Positions 63,286 through 64,000 of a stretch of 64,000 bases of DNA are shown here, piece by piece. Below the pieces are notes generated by a model. It searched no databases. It worked only from the letters and a program-made list of their open reading frames with translations, and had not been told where the DNA came from. Source of the stretch: Caecitellus pseudoparvulus (lineage: Eukaryota > Protista > Bigyra: Bicosoecida); assembly GCA_965644315.1 (NCBI GenBank), contig CBFFRQ010000088.1:124001-188000 (forward strand). Direction: 5' to 3'. Every line of letters starts with the position of its first letter. Within the stretch, counting starts at the first letter, position 1. The position numbers and the translations under genes are program-made.

Positions 63286-64000
63286 TCACACCGCCTCGCC
63301 CACTGCCGCGGCATATCGCTCCACTACCACCTTGGAGGGCGGGTGGGCCGTCGCCACCTGTTGCAGCAGTGCCCCAGCCGCCTTGGCTACAGCGTGGCTG
63401 GGCACTGGGACGAGAGGCTTCAGGGTGCTGGCTGTCTGCCCTGCCTCCAGTCGGGCTGCATCCAGCAACACCAGCGCTGCCTCTGTCATGCGCACACAGT
63501 GCTGTGCTCCCAGTGCTTCCAGCGCAGCGGGGCGGGCGACGATGTGTGCCAGAGCGGTGATGGCACGTGCCAGCGTCTCTTGGCTGACGCAGCTGGGTGT
63601 GAAGACCGACGCCTCCCCTGCGCCCGTACCTGCCCCAGCTCCTGCCGTGGCAGTGGTCGGCGTCGTGCGTTTCGGCAGCATGTCCACCAGCAGCACACCA
63701 CCCCTCGCCACCTTCTCAACTTCAGACGCCTCAACCGCCAGATTGCTCAGCACGCCCACCCCTGCATCCACCAGCGCACTCGTGCCACGCCCCTGCTGCA
63801 TCGCCTGCTGCACCGCTGCAGTGACACTCGCCAGCACAGCTGGGTTCTGCGTCACGGCAGGCAAGGACTGCCCATGTGCACACAGGTTCTTCAGCACACG
63901 CAGAGCAGGCACGGCTGCCTCTAGCACGGCAGCTGGCGCGTCACTCGCTGCAGCGGCCTCCACCGCCCTGTGGGCATGTGCCACCAGCGCACTGGTGGCG
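63286..64000 (-). CDS. C-terminal part of an armadillo/HEAT-repeat protein (5' part outside window)
   Basis: Open frame with helical repeats ALRVLKNLCA, GVGVLSNLAV, AITALAHIVA. Confidence 0.6.
   Translation of the reverse strand, partial: ATSALVAHAHRAVEAAAASDAPAAVLEAAVPALRVLKNLCAHGQSLPAVTQNPAVLASVTAAVQQAMQQGRGTSALVDAGVGVLSNLAVEASEVEKVARGGVLLVDMLPKRTTPTTATAGAGAGTGAGEASVFTPSCVSQETLARAITALAHIVARPAALEALGAQHCVRMTEAALVLLDAARLEAGQTASTLKPLVPVPSHAVAKAAGALLQQVATAHPPSKVVVERYAAAVGEAV

Noticed and set aside
1-64000. Prokaryotic features (operons, CRISPR, IS elements, prophage) and introner-type repeated introns
   Set aside because: Genes are spliceosomal-intron-containing eukaryotic genes; no direct-repeat arrays, transposase motifs or sequence similarity among introns beyond splice signals were seen.

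Overview
This is GC-rich, very gene-dense eukaryotic nuclear DNA from a flagellated protist (stramenopile-like by inference; not provable from this window). I reconstruct 23 protein-coding genes, two of them cut by the window edges, with 36 short spliceosomal introns (mostly 62-82 nt, all GTRNG...CAG, strongly 5'-biased). In order: a giant BLTP1/Csf1-type lipid-transfer protein (a >9.4 kb exon absent from the ORF track because it runs off the window), LYR protein, hypothetical protein, Popeye-domain protein, kinesin-2, SUMO-like-domain protein, ThrRS, aromatic amino-acid decarboxylase, SET methyltransferase, CDK1/2-like kinase, PKG-like kinase, GCP2, myristoylated EF-hand protein, OTU deubiquitinase, CFAP100 (broken by a G8 run), a Par3/HAL-N protein, a 3293-aa Sfi1-like/EF-like protein, an MRH+EGF sorting receptor, an RSPH10B-like MORN protein, stand-alone TrpA, SAE1, an HVA22/REEP protein and an ARM-repeat C-terminus. 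I found no supportable tRNA, rRNA, CRISPR array or mobile element. The most notable unexplained signal is a strand-specific (C)AATGCA motif shortly after the stop codon of 10 of 22 genes, a candidate non-canonical polyadenylation signal. Others are hairpin-containing double-length introns, three neighbouring genes sharing an EF-hand-like module, a GGLPx[ILV] repeat tail on kinesin-2, and apparent mitochondrial presequences on the Popeye protein and the decarboxylase. All family assignments are by motif recognition from memory, not database search.
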